From Blepharisma stoltei ATCC 30299 (lineage: Eukaryota > Protista > Ciliophora): DNA of 64,000 nt. Each line of letters opens with the position of its first letter. The first letter of the stretch is position 1. Under the pieces are notes generated by a model. The model worked only from the letters and a program-made list of their open reading frames with translations. It searched no databases and was not told the DNA's origin. The position numbers were made by a program, and so were the translations under genes. The stretch covers positions 496,001 to 560,000 of the forward strand of contig CBFDEM010000039.1 of NCBI GenBank assembly GCA_965603825.1, in the 5' to 3' direction. This document shows positions 61,245 to 64,000 of the stretch, in pieces.

Positions 61245-62273
61245 ATGAATGGAGTCCTGCTAAAAGAAGTCTATGGAAATATTTCAAAGCTCCTAATAAA
61301 TCGCCCTCGGTCTTTTAATTTTTGCGATTTATTTTTAGCCCAAGCTTTATTATCAGAAATTCTTGAGGCAAAATCCCTCAATCAGCACCTTGTGCTTACT
61401 TCTTCAAGCCAAAAATGATTCTGCTCAGGTGCAGATATCCTGTTTTACCGTTCAAATTATCAAGAGTTTCCACAATTTGGCATTTTAGCTTACCAAATTT
61501 TGAAAAATCTCTATAATTTTCCGAATGAGTCTTTAAGTATATGGCACGGGCACTCTGTAGGCTATGGAGTAGGTCTTGGAATGTCCTGTAGGTATCAATT
61601 AGCTTTACCTAGCACACGGTGGTGTATGCCAGAGCATCATATAGGGATTGTCCCAAATAGTGGGACGTCTTATTTTCTTTCTCATCTTAAAGATGAAGCG
61701 TTTGGGCTCTATTTATTTTTAACAAATCAAAGGATTTCTGGAGAAGACTGCTACTTTTCTGGGATTTCGACTCATTATATGGAAAGTGGAAATTTGGCAA
61801 GTTTTTTTACGGATTTAAAAACAGCTGATTCATTGAAAAATTTGATAGAAAAATACTCATCAGAGCCGAATAAAGAGCTGAGTTCTTATTTGAATTATAA
61901 GGATGAAATAAATGAGTATTTCAGTAGTCCAAGCTCAATAGAAGAAATATTGGAAAGACTAAAAAAGAGTAATACGCCATTTGCAGAACAAACAGTTAAG
62001 GAAATCACCTCAGGATGCCCGCTTAGCTTAAAAATAGCTTTTAAGCAATTCCAGCTTGGAAAAAATCGTGATTTATTCCAAGCTATCGAATCTGAATACA
62101 TCATTGATTGCAACTTAATTGTTCATAAAAATGAAAACTTTGCCAAAGGAGTTCAAGCAAAAATGGTAGAGAGAAATCAAGGCAAGCCAAGCTGGATACC
62201 AGCAAGATTAGAGGAAGTCACAGAGAGTATAATTGAAGAGCACATGAGTATAATAAATCAGCTTCCAAATTAA
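61245..62273 (+). CDS. 3-hydroxyisobutyryl-CoA hydrolase-like, copy 1
   Basis: INRPRSFN, FCSGADI, MPEHHIGIVPNSG, CPLSLK, FAKGV. Confidence 0.85.
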
Positions 62274-62489
62274 TGCTATTGTTTTTTAGTTATGTTAAGT
62301 TAAGCTCTGCCTAGAGTAGCTGCAAAGGAGCTCTTATGATATTTTAATGGATCATTTAACAATATAAAAAAGTCAATTTTGAATTTCGCTAATGATCAAT
62401 AATTAATTAGCGAATTATGTTACTTCTTAATTATTTTTCATTATTTAAAAAAAATCCTAAAATTCACATATAAGCGGCTAAATCATAAA

Positions 62490-63500
62490 ATGTCAAGGGT
62501 AATCCTAAAAGAATCCTCCAAAAACTTTTGCAAATTATTTTTCAACCGTCCTCAAGAGCATAATTCTCTTAACTGAGAAATGAACCGAGCTTTAAATTCT
62601 GACCTTTCTGAAGCAGCCTCTTTAAATCAAAAAATTATTTTTTCATCGACATCTGATAAATGCTTCCATACAGGAGGCGACGTGGTCTCTATTTTGCATC
62701 AATATCAATCATTCCCTGAATTTGGGCCACTTGCATATGATTCTTTGAGGAAAATATATGAATACCCTGAAGAGACATTAAGCATATGGCGTGGATCTTT
62801 AATGGGTTATGGCATAGGGATTGCGATGGCTTGCAAGTTTAAGCTTGCTTTTGAAAATACTTTTTGGTGTATGCCAGAGCACAGGATTGGGATAGTCCCA
62901 GATGCGGGGACTTCTTATTATCTTTCTCATTTAGAAGATCAAGCTTTTGGTCTGTTTTTGTTTTTGACGTGTAAAACAATAACAGGGGTAGATTGCTATT
63001 ATTCAGGGATATCTTCACATTATATGGAGCTTGAAAATTTACAAAATTTCCTCAATGATATTGAAATTGAAAACAGCATAAAAAAGCCTATTGAAAAATA
63101 CTCAAATATCCCTAGCAAAGAAGATTGTGAATATTTGTGGTATAAAGATGAAATAAAAGCTGCATTTGGAAATCCTGAATCTATTGAAGATATTATTGAA
63201 AAGCTCGAAAATATTAATAGTGGATTTAGCTTAGCAGCTGCAGATGATTTAAGAAATAGCTGCCCTTTGACACTAAAAATTGCGTTTAAAGTATTTAATT
63301 TAGCAAAAAATAAAAGTTTTAACGAAGCTTTAGAAACAGAAAAAATTGTTGACGCAAATTTATTTTGCTATAAAAATGAAAATTATGTCAAATCAGTCAC
63401 GTCTAGATTGATTAATAAATCAAAAGAAAGAATTGAATGAAATCCTAGTTCGCTTGGCAGTGTTACTGAAGAAATGATTCAGGATTATTTAAAAATATAA
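62490..63500 (+). CDS. HIBCH-like, copy 2
   Basis: FHTGGDV, MPEHRIGIVPDAG, CPLTLK. Confidence 0.85.
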
Positions 63501-63556
63501 CGTTATTTATAAATCAATAAAATTAATACTAAAATTTATAATTCATAATAAAATAA

Positions 63557-64000
63557 ATGTCAAGTATCTTGCTAAAAGAAGTCCACGGAAATATCTGCAA
63601 GCTTCTTTTTAACAACTCCAAGCGCTTTAACTCAATAGACTGAGAACTAGGGACAATCTTATCACAAGAAATCAAAGAAGCAGAATCAAATCGTCAAAAA
63701 ATCGTATTTTTCTCTACCCTGGAAAAGGCTTTTCAATCTGGCGGAAATTTATTTTACATGCTGGAAAACTGCAAAGATGTGGCTACATTTGGAAATTTAT
63801 TTTATGGCTCAGTTAAAACCTTATTCAATTATCCATATGAAACCTTAAGTATTTTGCGAGGACATACTATAGGTTATGGAGTTGGGTTAGCAATGTCATG
63901 TGATTATTTAGTTTCTTTACCAAGTACATTATGAAGCATGCCTGAGCATTTAATAGGGAGCGTCCCTAATACAGGCACGTCTTATTTTCTGTCTCATATT
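63557..64000 (+). CDS. HIBCH-like, copy 3 (truncated by window end)
   Basis: MSSILLKEVHGN..., TGA(W)-SMPEHLIGSVPNTG. Confidence 0.8.

Noticed and set aside
1-64000. Mass pseudogenisation or selenocysteine/Cys reading to explain in-frame TGAs
   Set aside because: The TGAs align to Trp in paralogs and conserved motifs, and the frames are otherwise intact.
1-64000. Mycoplasma-like or mitochondrial (code 4) origin
   Set aside because: Gene content is nuclear eukaryotic (14-3-3, KAP3, REV3, SEC61G) and spliceosomal introns are present.

Overview
AT-rich, very gene-dense eukaryotic DNA, most consistent with a macronuclear chromosome of a heterotrich ciliate (Blepharisma-like). Two features explain why the supplied ORF track is fragmented. 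(1) TGA is read as Trp: it falls at conserved Trp positions and alternates with TGG between paralogs, and every complete gene traced here ends in TAA/TAG. (2) Introns are tiny 15-16 nt GT..AG elements with an invariant A six nt from the 3' end. Re-reading with these rules gives about 40 genes, including REV3, two NEK kinases, 14-3-3, KAP3, SEC61G, SZT2, RRP41, TVP23, a CHIP-like protein, a PDE, an aquaporin, a papain-family protease, tandem calpains, three HIBCH-like paralogs and a local duplication hotspot. The best leads are a plant MS5/TDM1/SDI1-type TPR domain fused to an RRM, a Kelch-NAD kinase fusion, a 45-aa Tom5-like microprotein, HIBCH paralogs lacking the catalytic Asp, an NPT/NPT aquaporin and gene junctions with 0-10 nt spacers. 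Family calls come from recalled motifs, not database searches. No rRNA, tRNA, CRISPR, transposase or telomere was recognised.
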